Shown: positions 28,524 to 38,505 of the stretch, piece by piece
Numbering within the stretch: position 1 is the first letter of the stretch
Layout of the letters: the number at the start of each line of letters is the position of its first letter
DNA from: Syntrophales bacterium
Lineage (GTDB): Bacteria; Desulfobacterota; Syntrophia; Syntrophales; UBA6807
DNA: 64,000 nt
Assembly: GCA_040767195.1 (NCBI GenBank)
Contig: JAXGPA010000005.1
Location: forward strand, 1 to 64,000
Reading direction: 5' to 3'
Notes under the pieces: model-generated
What the model was told of the DNA's origin: nothing
What the model saw: the letters and a program-made list of their open reading frames with translations, nothing else
Databases searched by the model: none
Position numbers and translations under genes: made by a program

Positions 28524-28838
28524 ATGAAAGTACATCTGATTGAGACGGATTCCATGAATTTCAATCTCGTGGAGGGTGACCTCTGGGAAAACGGTTGCTG
28601 GGACCTGAAGGAGGACCAGGCCGAACTTCTCATCGGAAGTGAAATCTTTTTTCACCGGACGAGAACGGAACCTTCCTTTTACGGAGGAATCATCCGGGGA
28701 TACCGGGTTGAGCGGGAAGGGGAGAACGAGGGGCAGATCGTCTTCGAGTTCCAGTACAATAAAATCTGCCGGGACATCAGGACGGATCGAAACGGGTGGG
28801 CCCGGAAGATGAAGATCGTGAAAGAAACGACGGAATGA
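28524..28838 (+). CDS. Hypothetical protein (104 aa)
   Basis: Globular, aromatic-rich composition (WENGCW, IFFH, PSFYGG); fills the gap before a convergent gene; no family recognised. Confidence 0.7.
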   Translation: MKVHLIETDSMNFNLVEGDLWENGCWDLKEDQAELLIGSEIFFHRTRTEPSFYGGIIRGYRVEREGENEGQIVFEFQYNKICRDIRTDRNGWARKMKIVKETTE

Positions 28839-28887
28839 CGGTCCGATTTCCGTCTAGCCGGCGATATTTCCGGGCGTCAGAAGCAAC

Positions 28888-29346
28888 TCACGGGGAAAAC
28901 CCTTTTCCCCCTTTTTTGATTCGCTTCTTTTGTGCGAGGACCTTCTCCATCCAGGCACCGTCCTCCCGGAGATAAATCTCCGCCAGCCGGTTCCATTCCT
29001 CGGCCTGGTAAGGGTCGCCTTTGAGGATCCAGGCCTCGGCGAGATAAAAGCAGTTGTACCCGTTCGCCGGCGAGATGTTCGTGGCCCGCTCGAAGAGGCT
29101 CATGGCTTCGTCGACGCGGCCCCTTTCCAGGAGTATCCGCCCCTGCTCCGTCAGGTTCATGGCGGCCAGCGTTCTCGGGTCTTCGGGCGCATCAGGGCGT
29201 TTTCCCTCGGAAGGCGGAACCTTTGTCGCGGGGACCGTCCCGGGGGGGATGCGGACGGGGGCCGGGCACCCCGTGACATGAACCCACAGAAGAAGGAGAA
29301 GGAGAAAAAGCAGGCAGCGGGGGCCGTTCAGGGTGTTCCTCACCAT
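28888..29346 (-). CDS. TPR-repeat lipoprotein (LpoP-like candidate PBP1b partner)
   Basis: Hydrophobic signal with VTGC lipobox, Pro-rich linker, TPR helices (ERATNISPANG, YLAEAWILKG); overlaps the mrcB 3' end. Confidence 0.75.
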   Translation of the reverse strand: MVRNTLNGPRCLLFLLLLLLWVHVTGCPAPVRIPPGTVPATKVPPSEGKRPDAPEDPRTLAAMNLTEQGRILLERGRVDEAMSLFERATNISPANGYNCFYLAEAWILKGDPYQAEEWNRLAEIYLREDGAWMEKVLAQKKRIKKGGKGFSP

Positions 29347-31649
29347 GGCACCCCCCCGCCCATTCCGCCGGCGTGGCCGTACCGGTGAACCGGGCAGGAT
29401 TCACCGGGCGCGTTTTTCAAAAGAAAGACTTCCGTCACCGTTTCGGGACAGGCGTTCGGAACCGCCAGCCTCCCGCTCTCCCGGCAGACTGTCCGGGTGA
29501 CCACGCCCGGGGGCTGCCGAAACCAGCGGCCCGATATGTATTGGGGAATCGACTTCATCAGGTCCGCCCAGATGGGAAGGGCAGCCACCGAGCCCTCGGC
29601 GTGGACGGGGTCGCCGTTGTCGAATCCCACCCAGACCAGGGCCAGGATGTCCGGCGTGTATCCGACGAACCAGGCGTCCCGGTTGTCGTTCGTCGTTCCC
29701 GTTTTTCCCGCCGCGGGGAAGGAGATTCCCATGGAAAGAAGGGAATGGGCCGTTCCCTCGGTCACGACGCTCCGGAGAAGAGAATTCATCACATAGGCCT
29801 TTTCCGGTGAAACCCGTCTCTCGATCTTCAGGTGCCGTTTTTCCAGGAGATTTCCCTTTTCATCCACCAGGGCACGCATGAAAAGAGGGTTTGGCTGAAC
29901 GCCCTCGGCGGCGAAGGTGCAGAAGGCCCGGGCCAATTCGAGAGGAATGACCTCGAACGCCCCCAGGGCGAGGGACGGCCAGGGCTTGAGGGGAGTTGAA
30001 AATCGAAAGTTCATGGCCGTGTTCATGATCCTCAGAAGGCCCGTTTTCACCGCCAGATCGACCGTTGCCAGGTTGTCCGACACGGCCAGGGCCCGTCTCA
30101 GGGTCAGGCCGTCCTCGGCCACGGGATGGGTGTTTCTCGGCTGCCAGGTCCGGCCGTCCATGTCATAAGATCTCGGTTCGTTGGACAGAACGGAGGATGG
30201 GGTGAAACGGTCCAGGGCGGTGAGGTACACGAAGGGTTTGAAGGCGCTTCCCGGCTGCCGTTTCGCCTGCGTGACCCGGTTGAACTGGCTTGCGGTGTAA
30301 TCCCGCCCGCCCGCCATGGCCAGGATGTAGCCTGTCCGGGGCTGCATGACGACAACGGCGCCCTGAAGTTTCTCCCCGTCCTCCCGGCGCCTCAGCGCTG
30401 GATTGTTTCTTTCCAATTGCCTCAATCCCGCATCCAGAGCCTCCTCCGCCGCTGTCTGGACCTGCGTGTCCAGGGTCGTGAAAAGGGAAAGCCCCCGGGA
30501 AGAGAGATCATCGGGGTCATAATAGACCGGGAGCTGGCTGACAAGATAGTCGATGAAGTAGGGGGCTTTTTTCCCGTAGGCGGCATAGCCCGCCGGTTCC
30601 ACCGGTGCCGCCAGCGCCTCGTCACATGCCTCGGGAGAGATCCAGCCATTGGAAAGGAGTTCCCGGAGAACCCAGTCCCGCCGTTCCCGGCATCGGTTCG
30701 CGTTTTCATAAGGGGAATAGCGGTTGGGGCCCTTGATCAACCCGGCCATCGCGGCGGCCTCGGACAGGGAGAGCCTTTCCACGGATTTGCCGAAATAGAA
30801 GCGGGAGGCCTCCCCGACGCCGCAGACGGCGATGGACCCCTTCTGGGCGAGATAGATCTCGTTCAAGTATATTTCGAGGATTTCGTCCTTGTTGTATGTG
30901 AGTTCCATGGCGACGGCCATGAAAAATTCCTTGAGCTTTCGTTTCAACGTCCGCTCCGGCGTGAGAAAATAATTCTTGACGAGCTGCTGGGTCAGCGTGG
31001 ATCCTCCCTGGCGGACCTCCCCGTGGCGGATATTCGTGTAAAGGGCGCGAAGTATTCCCCGGACGTCGAACCCGTGATGTTCGTAAAAACGGCTGTCTTC
31101 CGCGGCGATCACGGCGTATTTGAGATGGGCGGGCACCTGGTTGATGGACACCAGTTCACGCTGCTCCCGTTCGGCACCGAAGAGGAGGGTGATCTCCTCC
31201 GGTTCGATTTCCAGGAGGGACAGGGTTTCGCCGGTGTCGGTTCGGACAATGGACGAAATCTCCCTGTCTTGGATGTCCATTTTCACGGGGAATCCGTCTC
31301 GCCGTTTCGACGGCATGTCGAGATCATGGAGAAAGATTTCAAGAAGATTTCCCTGCCAGCGCATTTCTCCCATCCGGCCGGGTTCGGCCGCCACGGTCCG
31401 ATAGGCCAGGCGCCGAAGCTTTTCCTTCAGGGTTTCTTCGTTGATCCTCTGGCCCGGAAAAAGGAGCGTGCTGTCCGAATAAATCGTGGAGGGGACGCTC
31501 CATCGGCGGGTGGAAAAGCGTTTGTCGATGACGGCGGAAAGATGCCACAGGTATGCTCCGAGCAAAAGGGCGGCCGAAGCCAGGGCTGCCGCTAAAAGCA
31601 GAAACAGGCGCTTTCCCGTTTCCCTGTTTTCCTTTACCTTCGTTTCCAT
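29340..31649 (-). CDS. mrcB: Class A penicillin-binding protein PBP1b
   Basis: N-terminal TM, UB2H-like region, EDSRFYEH, GGSTLTQQLVKN, transpeptidase SAFK, SDN, KTGT. Confidence 0.9.
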   Translation of the reverse strand: METKVKENRETGKRLFLLLAAALASAALLLGAYLWHLSAVIDKRFSTRRWSVPSTIYSDSTLLFPGQRINEETLKEKLRRLAYRTVAAEPGRMGEMRWQGNLLEIFLHDLDMPSKRRDGFPVKMDIQDREISSIVRTDTGETLSLLEIEPEEITLLFGAEREQRELVSINQVPAHLKYAVIAAEDSRFYEHHGFDVRGILRALYTNIRHGEVRQGGSTLTQQLVKNYFLTPERTLKRKLKEFFMAVAMELTYNKDEILEIYLNEIYLAQKGSIAVCGVGEASRFYFGKSVERLSLSEAAAMAGLIKGPNRYSPYENANRCRERRDWVLRELLSNGWISPEACDEALAAPVEPAGYAAYGKKAPYFIDYLVSQLPVYYDPDDLSSRGLSLFTTLDTQVQTAAEEALDAGLRQLERNNPALRRREDGEKLQGAVVVMQPRTGYILAMAGGRDYTASQFNRVTQAKRQPGSAFKPFVYLTALDRFTPSSVLSNEPRSYDMDGRTWQPRNTHPVAEDGLTLRRALAVSDNLATVDLAVKTGLLRIMNTAMNFRFSTPLKPWPSLALGAFEVIPLELARAFCTFAAEGVQPNPLFMRALVDEKGNLLEKRHLKIERRVSPEKAYVMNSLLRSVVTEGTAHSLLSMGISFPAAGKTGTTNDNRDAWFVGYTPDILALVWVGFDNGDPVHAEGSVAALPIWADLMKSIPQYISGRWFRQPPGVVTRTVCRESGRLAVPNACPETVTEVFLLKNAPGESCPVHRYGHAGGMGGGVPW

Positions 31650-32112
31650 GGGACCGGTGCCGGGAATCCTTTTCCCTTCATGGAGTCATATCGAGCGCTT
31701 TCGCCAGGGAAGGCTTTCCGGGATTCCCTTCGGGCCTTCTCACCGGAGAGAGACCATATCACGGAATGAAGAATTCATGAACGGCAAATGCTGCCCGTCA
31801 TCCTTCCGCCCCGGGGGATATTCAGGAAAAAGGAGGAACGTGGTCCTGTTGTCCTGGCCTGGGAGAACGGGATTTTCGTGCGTTAAAGCCCGGGAGCCGG
31901 TCCTTTCAAGGGACCGGCTCCCAGGTGATAGGAAAAGTGGATTCGGGGAAATTTCTTTTCAGGAGGGGAGGGAGGCCGCCACGTCCCGCGCTGGACGACG
32001 GGTCAATCCCCGAATCCACCCGTGGATGGGCTTGTGAAACATCTCAAAAGGGGTCTTCTGAAACGCCGTTGCCGGTTTCTGCTTCAAAACCAGGGCTTTC
32101 ATTTTCCGTCGA

Positions 32113-33297
32113 TCAGACGATCCCTTCTTCCTTCAGACCGTTCAGTTCCTCCGGCCTGATGCCGACGGACCCGAGGACCGCTTCCGTGTGTTCGCCGAGG
32201 AGCGGGGAGGACTCCCGGACCCCGCCCGGCGTTCCGTACATTTTGATGGGCACGCCCTGGATTTTCAGGGGGCCCATGATGGGGTGACTGATTTCAACGA
32301 GCATTTCCCGTGCTTCGATCTGCGGGTGACTGGCAATCTGATCGATGGTGTAGATGGAGGAGACGGGAACGCCCTTTTCACTGAGACAGGCCTCGACCTC
32401 CTCCCTCAGCCTCGCCGTGGTCCATTCGCGGATGATGGCCGTCAGCTCGGTTCTGTTGGTACACCGGAGATCGTTGTTGGAAAATTTGCCGTTATTGGGC
32501 AGGTCCGCCTGGCCCATGGCCTCGCAGAGCCGGTTGAAGGTGTTGTTGTTCGCAGCGGCGATGACCACGTGCCCGTCCCGGCATGGGTAGAGATCATAGG
32601 GGCTCGTGGCCGGGTCGACGTATCCCACCCGGCTCAGGCTGTCTCCCTTGACGGCGTAGATGGGCAGGGCGTTTTCCAGGATGGAAAAGATCGTGTCGAG
32701 CATGGCCACGTCCACTCTCTGGCCTTCCCCTGTTTTCTCCCGCTTGTAAAGGGCCATGCAGATGCCCAGGGCGAGGTACGTGCCCGTGTAATTGTCGGCG
32801 ATGGCGGGGCCGGCCTTCATGGGGGGGCCGTCGGGAGATCCCGTGATTTCACACAGGCCGCCCATGGCCTGGGCGATGACGTCATAAGCGGCCCGGTCTT
32901 TCATGGGCCCGTATTGACCGAAGCCGGAGCTTTCGGCCAGGATGATGCGGGGGTTGATCGCCTTCAGAACATCGAACCCGAAACCCAGGCGGTCCATGGT
33001 TCCCGGTCTGAAGTTGTTCACCACCACGTCCGCCGTTTTGACGAGCTTCTTGAATATTTCTTTTCCCTTGTCTTTCGTGATGTCGAGACTGATGCTCTTC
33101 TTGTTCCGGTTGATGGCCGCGTAGTAGCCGCTTTCACCGTTTTTGATCGGCGGCCATTCCCGGGTCATGTCGCCGATGCCGGGTTTTTCGATTTTCAGGA
33201 CCTCCGCGCCGTGATCGGCCAGCTGCATGGTGCAGAAAGGACCATTGTAGGCATGAGTCAGGTCGATGATCCGGACTCCTTCAAGTGCGCCACCCAT
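32113..33297 (-). CDS. Family III CoA-transferase (CaiB/BaiF)
   Basis: LEGVRIIDL, GPFC, NRNKKS, NFRPG, SGFGQYGP, YDVIAQA, catalytic Asp in IADNYTG, PLLGEHT; AGGAGGT RBS. Confidence 0.93.
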   Translation of the reverse strand: MGGALEGVRIIDLTHAYNGPFCTMQLADHGAEVLKIEKPGIGDMTREWPPIKNGESGYYAAINRNKKSISLDITKDKGKEIFKKLVKTADVVVNNFRPGTMDRLGFGFDVLKAINPRIILAESSGFGQYGPMKDRAAYDVIAQAMGGLCEITGSPDGPPMKAGPAIADNYTGTYLALGICMALYKREKTGEGQRVDVAMLDTIFSILENALPIYAVKGDSLSRVGYVDPATSPYDLYPCRDGHVVIAAANNNTFNRLCEAMGQADLPNNGKFSNNDLRCTNRTELTAIIREWTTARLREEVEACLSEKGVPVSSIYTIDQIASHPQIEAREMLVEISHPIMGPLKIQGVPIKMYGTPGGVRESSPLLGEHTEAVLGSVGIRPEELNGLKEEGIV

Positions 33298-33322
33298 AAT
33301 AACCTCCTTCATGGGTTGATCT

Positions 33323-33351
33323 CCCCGGGCATCCTCATGGGATGCCCGGGG
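33323..33351. terminator. Intergenic 12-bp stem-loop between brnQ and the CoA-transferase gene
   Basis: CCCCGGGCATCC-tcatg-GGATGCCCGGGG; no U-tract on the coding strand, so may be a stability hairpin. Confidence 0.45.
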
Positions 33352-33382
33352 GGTGGTTTGTCGTTGATGCTCGGGGCCGGTT

Positions 33383-34717
33383 TCAGGCAGCCGTGCCGAG
33401 AGCCAATACTTTCTTCTTGTCGTAGAGATAATAGCCGACCGCCGCTCCGATGGCCGTCGGAATAAGCCACGCCAGGCCGTATGCGGCGCCGGGCATGAGA
33501 TTGTAAAGGGCCTTGATGCCCGCCGTGTTCACGGAGGCGATGTCCAGGTAGCCGATGAGGCAGTCGAGAACGCCCCAGGCGAAAGCGACGATGGTGGCCC
33601 CGCCGATGGTCCCGTAGTTACGGTTCCCCAGGATGACGTAGCCGAGGACGAGGGCGATGCAGGGGGGATAGACGAGGCTCAGGATGGGGGCGGTCAGCTT
33701 GATGATCGTCGTCAGGCCGAAGGAGCTGATCAGGGCGCTGATGGCGAGCGTGACGATGGCCACGTTCCGGTAGGACCACTTCTTGTTGCTGGCTTCCTCG
33801 AAATAGGCGGCCGTGCCGGCGGCAAGACCGACGGCGCTGGTCAGAGCCGCCAGGAAAAGGGCGATGTTGAACACCGTTCCGCCCACGACACCCCAGAGCT
33901 GAAGGATGATGGTCGCATAGAGCTTCGCATAGGTCACGTCTTGAAAGAGATATCCCGTGGAAGCCCCGACGAGCATTTGCAGAAAATGGCTCACCGCCAG
34001 GACACCGAACCCGATAGCCCCGACCATGAGAAGGCCCTTGCTCAGTTTACGTCCTTCCATCTTGTTGGCCTTCAGGTCAGCGATGATGATGACACCGTAA
34101 ATCAGGGCCGCCGGCAGGTCCATGGTCTGGTACCCGTTAATGAACCCGTAGGCGAAGCCGCCCTCCGGGTACATTTTGGGCATCCATTCGGAGAGGGGGC
34201 TGAGCAGGGACTTGGCCACCACGGCCACAATCGTTACCACGAGAACCGGGACAAGGAATTTCCCGATCTTGGGGAGGACTTCCTCGAGCTTGAAGAGGAA
34301 CCAGTAAGTGATGAGATAGTAGACGACGGCGAAGATCAGGGCGGGGATCATCTGGTCGGAATTCCAGTTCCCAATCTTGCAGATGGCGTCCCAGGAGGCG
34401 GCGCTCATCCGGGGAATCACGAAAAGGGGCCCGAGGACGGCCACCGTGAGGCCGCCGAAGATAAAGGCGAACTTTTCATTGATGCGGCTGGCCAGCGTGT
34501 AGAAGGAGCCTTCGCCGCGGACGATGGCCAGGTATCCGAGGAAGGGGAAAATGATGGCCGTGATCATGATTCCCAGGGCCGCCGGCAGGACCGAGCTTCC
34601 GCTCTGCTGTCCCCAGGTCACCGGCCAGAGCATGCAGGACGCTCCGAAGTGCATGGAAAATACGGCCACACCGAACATGATGATCATCCATAATTTTGCT
34701 CCGTTATTGTTTTGCAT
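33383..34717 (-). CDS. brnQ: LIVCS/BrnQ-family branched-chain amino acid:cation symporter homolog
   Basis: GVAVFSMHFGA, GPLFVIPR, IGKFLVP, GYQTMD, LTSAVGL, PILSLVYP; about 12 hydrophobic segments. Confidence 0.8.
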   Translation of the reverse strand: MQNNNGAKLWMIIMFGVAVFSMHFGASCMLWPVTWGQQSGSSVLPAALGIMITAIIFPFLGYLAIVRGEGSFYTLASRINEKFAFIFGGLTVAVLGPLFVIPRMSAASWDAICKIGNWNSDQMIPALIFAVVYYLITYWFLFKLEEVLPKIGKFLVPVLVVTIVAVVAKSLLSPLSEWMPKMYPEGGFAYGFINGYQTMDLPAALIYGVIIIADLKANKMEGRKLSKGLLMVGAIGFGVLAVSHFLQMLVGASTGYLFQDVTYAKLYATIILQLWGVVGGTVFNIALFLAALTSAVGLAAGTAAYFEEASNKKWSYRNVAIVTLAISALISSFGLTTIIKLTAPILSLVYPPCIALVLGYVILGNRNYGTIGGATIVAFAWGVLDCLIGYLDIASVNTAGIKALYNLMPGAAYGLAWLIPTAIGAAVGYYLYDKKKVLALGTAA

Positions 34718-34861
34718 AAAACCAAGGTCTCCTTTCACCGAAGCGGGATTCTTATTTAAATTGAACGATAAATCAAGAGGTGATACCTTCCTGTAATCGT
34801 TGTGTTTTCAGTTTTGCCGTCTTATAGCCCGCCAGTGAAGTTCTCGATGAAATCGCGAAAA

Positions 34862-34877
34862 TACCGAACGGTCGGTA
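34862..34877. promoter_or_regulatory. TetR-type operator upstream of brnQ
   Basis: TACCGA-ACGG-TCGGTA inverted repeat. Confidence 0.65.
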
Positions 34878-34909
34878 GACGACATGGTCAAAAAAAACCG
34901 CTCCATGAA

Positions 34910-35716
34910 TCAGTCTTTCTTCATTCCGTGCTCTTTCATCCTCCTTTCGAGAAACGTCTTTTCGTTTCCGCCGCCGCCGACGGCCATGAGATGGGCCGCC
35001 TCGATCTCCAGAATCTGCTCGAAGCTGCAGTGCAGGCCCTGATCGATGGCTGATCGGGTCAACCGCAGGGAAAGGGGCGATCGCTTACCGATGGTCTCGC
35101 AGATGGCCAGGGTTTTCTCCTCCAGTTCAGCGGCGGGAAAGACGTAGTTGACCATCCCGATCCGGAGTGCTTCAGAGGCATCGATGAACTCGCCTGTGAA
35201 GGCCAGTTCCTTGGCCTTGCCCAGGCCGACGATCTGCGACAGGAGCTTCGTTCCGGCCTGGGTGATGGTCAGGCCGATCCCCGTTTCAGGAAACCCGAAC
35301 TTGGCCGTTTCATCGGCGACCCGGAAGTCGCAGCTCAGGGCGAACTCGCATCCACCGCCGACGGCATAGCCCCGAACCATCCCAATGAGCGGTTTGTTCA
35401 GTCTCAAGGTGAGCCTCTGGACGTCCTGGAGCTTGTCCGCTTCCTTGATCCATTTCTCGAAGCTCTTCCCGGAGGATGTTTCTTTCAGGTCTTCGCCGGC
35501 ACAGAAAGATCTTCCCGCGCCGGTCATGATGACCGTGACGGCTTCATCGTCCTCCATGGCCTTGATCAGGGCGGCCATGAAGTCGTCGAGAAACCCCTCG
35601 TTGATGGCGTTCAGCCGGTGGGGCCTGTTGAAAGTGATGAAACCAACATTCCCCTTTCGGCTGTAGAGCACGGATTTTTCCTTTTTTGGCTGTAAAGCAC
35701 TGACTGTCCCTTCCAT
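34910..35716 (-). CDS. Enoyl-CoA hydratase/isomerase (crotonase family)
   Basis: NRPHRLNA, FCAGEDL, GYAVGGGCE, FGFPE; both crotonase Glu positions present; GGAGGT RBS. Confidence 0.92.
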   Translation of the reverse strand: MEGTVSALQPKKEKSVLYSRKGNVGFITFNRPHRLNAINEGFLDDFMAALIKAMEDDEAVTVIMTGAGRSFCAGEDLKETSSGKSFEKWIKEADKLQDVQRLTLRLNKPLIGMVRGYAVGGGCEFALSCDFRVADETAKFGFPETGIGLTITQAGTKLLSQIVGLGKAKELAFTGEFIDASEALRIGMVNYVFPAAELEEKTLAICETIGKRSPLSLRLTRSAIDQGLHCSFEQILEIEAAHLMAVGGGGNEKTFLERRMKEHGMKKD

Positions 35717-35833
35717 TGCAATAACCTCCAGTTGCATATTCTAAGGCTGCCCGAAAAGGGGAAGCCCTGGTTGGGCTCGAAACACTTGAAGGACCTGCCG
35801 CGGGCCGTTTTTTTGGCGAATCCACCCCTATAT

Positions 35834-35849
35834 TAACGACCGGTCGTTA
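35834..35849. promoter_or_regulatory. TetR-type operator upstream of the hydratase gene
   Basis: Perfect 16-bp palindrome TAACGACCGGTCGTTA. Confidence 0.7.
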
Positions 35850-35866
35850 GTTAAATAGGCAAAAAT

Positions 35867-36451
35867 TTATTTGTTAACCTTCAATCCGTCAAAAATAAAC
35901 TTTGTGTAGATGTCGATGACCTCCTCTTTCGAGAGGTGCCCCAGGGGGTTGAACCATGTGGACGTCTGGGTGCACAGGGTGATGATGGCATTGGCCACGA
36001 CCCGGGGGTCCTTGTTGATGAATATCCCTTCGTTAACCCCCTGCTCGATGATGTCTCTCACCTTCCTGTCGTATTCATCGCGAAGCCTGATGTACGATCT
36101 CAAGTTGTCCGCCGTAAGGCCCCGCATCTCCGAGTCCGAGATGATGACTTCTTTCTGGCGGTCCATGTGGAAGGCCAGGTGGTTCCGGATGAGCGCCTTG
36201 AGGCGCATCTCGGTGCCCTCGACGCCTTCCAGGCTCTCCGCGAGGCTCTCGTTCAGATCCTCCATGGTGTCCTTGACGATACCGTAGAGGAGTTCTTCCT
36301 TGTTCAGGTAGTGATAGTAGATGCTCGATTTCTGGATGCCGACCCTTTCCGCGATGTTGCTGATGCTGCAGGCGTGGTATCCCTTCTGGTAGATGAGCTG
36401 GATGGCGATGTCCTTGATTTTGTTTTTCATGTCGCTGGGGAGTTCCGCCAT
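35867..36451 (-). CDS. TetR/AcrR-family transcriptional regulator (KstR2/PaaR-like C-terminus)
   Basis: KGYHACSISNIAERVGIQKSSIYYHYLNKEELL HTH; WFNP.G.LS C-terminal pattern. Confidence 0.9.
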   Translation of the reverse strand: MAELPSDMKNKIKDIAIQLIYQKGYHACSISNIAERVGIQKSSIYYHYLNKEELLYGIVKDTMEDLNESLAESLEGVEGTEMRLKALIRNHLAFHMDRQKEVIISDSEMRGLTADNLRSYIRLRDEYDRKVRDIIEQGVNEGIFINKDPRVVANAIITLCTQTSTWFNPLGHLSKEEVIDIYTKFIFDGLKVNK

Positions 36452-36468
36452 AACAATGTTCCTTCGTA

Positions 36469-36519
36469 GAACGGTCGGTCGGTAAGTTGACAAATACGCC
36501 TCACCGTCCATCTTGTCAA
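36469..36519 (-). promoter_or_regulatory. tetR promoter with imperfect third operator (probable autoregulation)
   Basis: Minus strand TTGACA (36519-36514), then TACCGACCGACCGTTC (36484-36469) just before the start codon. Confidence 0.5.
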
Positions 36520-36841
36520 GTTTTTTTTGGGGGGGGTGACGAATCGATTGTTTTTTATCCTGCGGCCGCAGCCAATTTCGCTTTTGTTTCCCGCTGCTGT
36601 CACCCATGCCGGGAACCCCTGTCGTCTGCCGGAAACGGCTGTTCCATGGGACTGCGATGCAGGGGTGTTTCATCCCGTTGCCTCATGAATACATGATGCC
36701 GAGTTCCTTGAACCACCGCCTTCGGTAAAATTTAATGTGAGGCCATTCGCCGTCTCCCCCGGTTGATTCTTTCCGGGGATTCATGTCATCATAAAAAGAT
36801 CTGATGCGTTAAGATCCTTTGGATCGGAAACGAGGACCGGG

Positions 36842-37774
36842 ATGAGTTTTTCTGTCACGTCAATCAGCCGGCGCCTCGTGGTGACCATGGCGATGAATCT
36901 CGTCATCCCCGCCGTGCAGATCGTCGCCGGTGTTGTCGCGGGAAGCGTCGCCCTTATCAGTGACGCCCTTCACAACCTGGGCGATTTCACCGCGACGCTG
37001 ATCGGTTACATTGCCCACCGGGTGGGTGAAAAGCCGTCAACGCCGAAACTGACCTTCGGGTACCGGCGGGTCGAGGTTCTCGCAGCGATCCTCAACACGG
37101 TCCTTCTTTATGGTGCGTGCCTCTACATCGCCCTCGAGGCGTGGGATCGCTTTCAGGACCCGCGGCCCGTTCGGGGAACCATCGTGGCGGCCGCCGCGTT
37201 CCTCGGCTTCGCGGCGAACATGGTTTCCGTCGCGATTCTTCATCCCGGGGCCCGTTCCAGTCTCAACATCCGGGGCGTCTTCCTGCACATGATGGCCGAT
37301 GCCATGACGTCGCTGGCCGTGGCCGCCCTCGGTGTCCTCTGGATCTTCAAGCCCTGGTACCGGCTTGACCCGGTGGTTTCGTGGGTCATCGTCATCGTCA
37401 TCCTCTACAGTGGTTGGGGAATCCTGAAAGAGGCGGTTCAGGTGCTCATGAACGCGGTTCCTCCCGGTCTCGACATCGGGGAGATTCGGGAAACGATTCT
37501 CCGTTCCGGGCCGGTCGATGATGTCCACCACATTCATGTGTGGCCTATTTCCGAAGATGAGATCGCCCTGGCCGCCCATGTCGTGGTTTCCGACCGGATG
37601 CTCAGCGACGTGGACCGGCTGGCGGAAAATATCCGGGAAATCCTCTTTCGTCGCCACGGGATCGTCCACCCCACGCTTCAGTTCGAAACAAGACGATTCG
37701 AACCGGCGCAGTGGCTTTCCGGCGGCGCGGCTCGAGGCGGTGAAGACCCTGGAGATGGAGGGCATGAGGGGTGA
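36842..37774 (+). CDS. Cation diffusion facilitator (CzcD/ZitB-like) metal exporter
   Basis: SVALISDALHNLGD, TFGYRRVE, FLHMMAD, HHIHVW, HPTLQFE. Confidence 0.92.
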   Translation: MSFSVTSISRRLVVTMAMNLVIPAVQIVAGVVAGSVALISDALHNLGDFTATLIGYIAHRVGEKPSTPKLTFGYRRVEVLAAILNTVLLYGACLYIALEAWDRFQDPRPVRGTIVAAAAFLGFAANMVSVAILHPGARSSLNIRGVFLHMMADAMTSLAVAALGVLWIFKPWYRLDPVVSWVIVIVILYSGWGILKEAVQVLMNAVPPGLDIGEIRETILRSGPVDDVHHIHVWPISEDEIALAAHVVVSDRMLSDVDRLAENIREILFRRHGIVHPTLQFETRRFEPAQWLSGGAARGGEDPGDGGHEG

Positions 37775-37871
37775 CACAATGAGAAAATTAGCCGGGATAG
37801 CCGGGGAGGCTTGAAGAGATGACCCGTTCCGCCGGGTTGATCCGGTCTTCTATATCGGCCGGCGGAATGAA

Positions 37872-37896
37872 GATCCCGGCCCGGGCGGCCGGGATC
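37872..37896. terminator. Stem-loop between convergent genes
   Basis: GATCCCGGCC-cgggc-GGCCGGGATC. Confidence 0.45.
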
Positions 37897-37909
37897 CCCG
37901 GGATGGTCA

Positions 37910-38344
37910 TCAGTATTTTCCTGAAATGTAGTTGCTCAATTGCTCGATGAGCATCTCCTGCTTGGATATGATGGATTTGACGACGTCACCGATGGAGACG
38001 ATGCCGACGAATTTCCCCTTGTCGAAGACGGGGAGGTGCCGCACGTGCTTGCCCGTCATGAGAATCATGCACTCCTCCACGGAGTTCTCCGGCTTCACGT
38101 TGATGAGGGTCGAGGACATGACTTCCTTGACCATCGTCTCTTTCGATGATTTTCCCTTGAGAATGATCTTACGGGCGTAATCCCGCTCTGAAATGATGCC
38201 GACGACCTTTTCTCCTTTCATGACGATGAGCGCCCCGATTTCTCTGTCGCTCATCTCCTTGAGGGCATCGTACACCGTCGCGTCCGGTGAAATGGAATGA
38301 ACTTCCTTGCTCTTGCCGTTCAGGATGTCTCTGACGTAGGTCAT
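37910..38344 (-). CDS. Stand-alone CBS-domain pair protein
   Basis: GIISERDYARK, VRHLPV, GIVSIGDVVK; AGGAGG RBS. Confidence 0.92.
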   Translation of the reverse strand: MTYVRDILNGKSKEVHSISPDATVYDALKEMSDREIGALIVMKGEKVVGIISERDYARKIILKGKSSKETMVKEVMSSTLINVKPENSVEECMILMTGKHVRHLPVFDKGKFVGIVSIGDVVKSIISKQEMLIEQLSNYISGKY

Positions 38345-38505
38345 GATGATCCTCCTTTCCTGCCCCGTTTTATTATTTCAGTTTAGGATATTTTTTCAGG
38401 CTTGTAAATTTAAAAGAGAAGGGCGGAACGGGACGGGGAGGGGGCTCCGGACAAGACCGGCGGCGAAGGGTCACCTGCGGGTTACAGTGTCCATACCCAT
38501 CGGGA

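Noticed and set aside
31650..32112. 460-nt intergenic region upstream of mrcB
   Set aside because: Only short GC hairpins; no convincing ORF, repeat or RNA motif.
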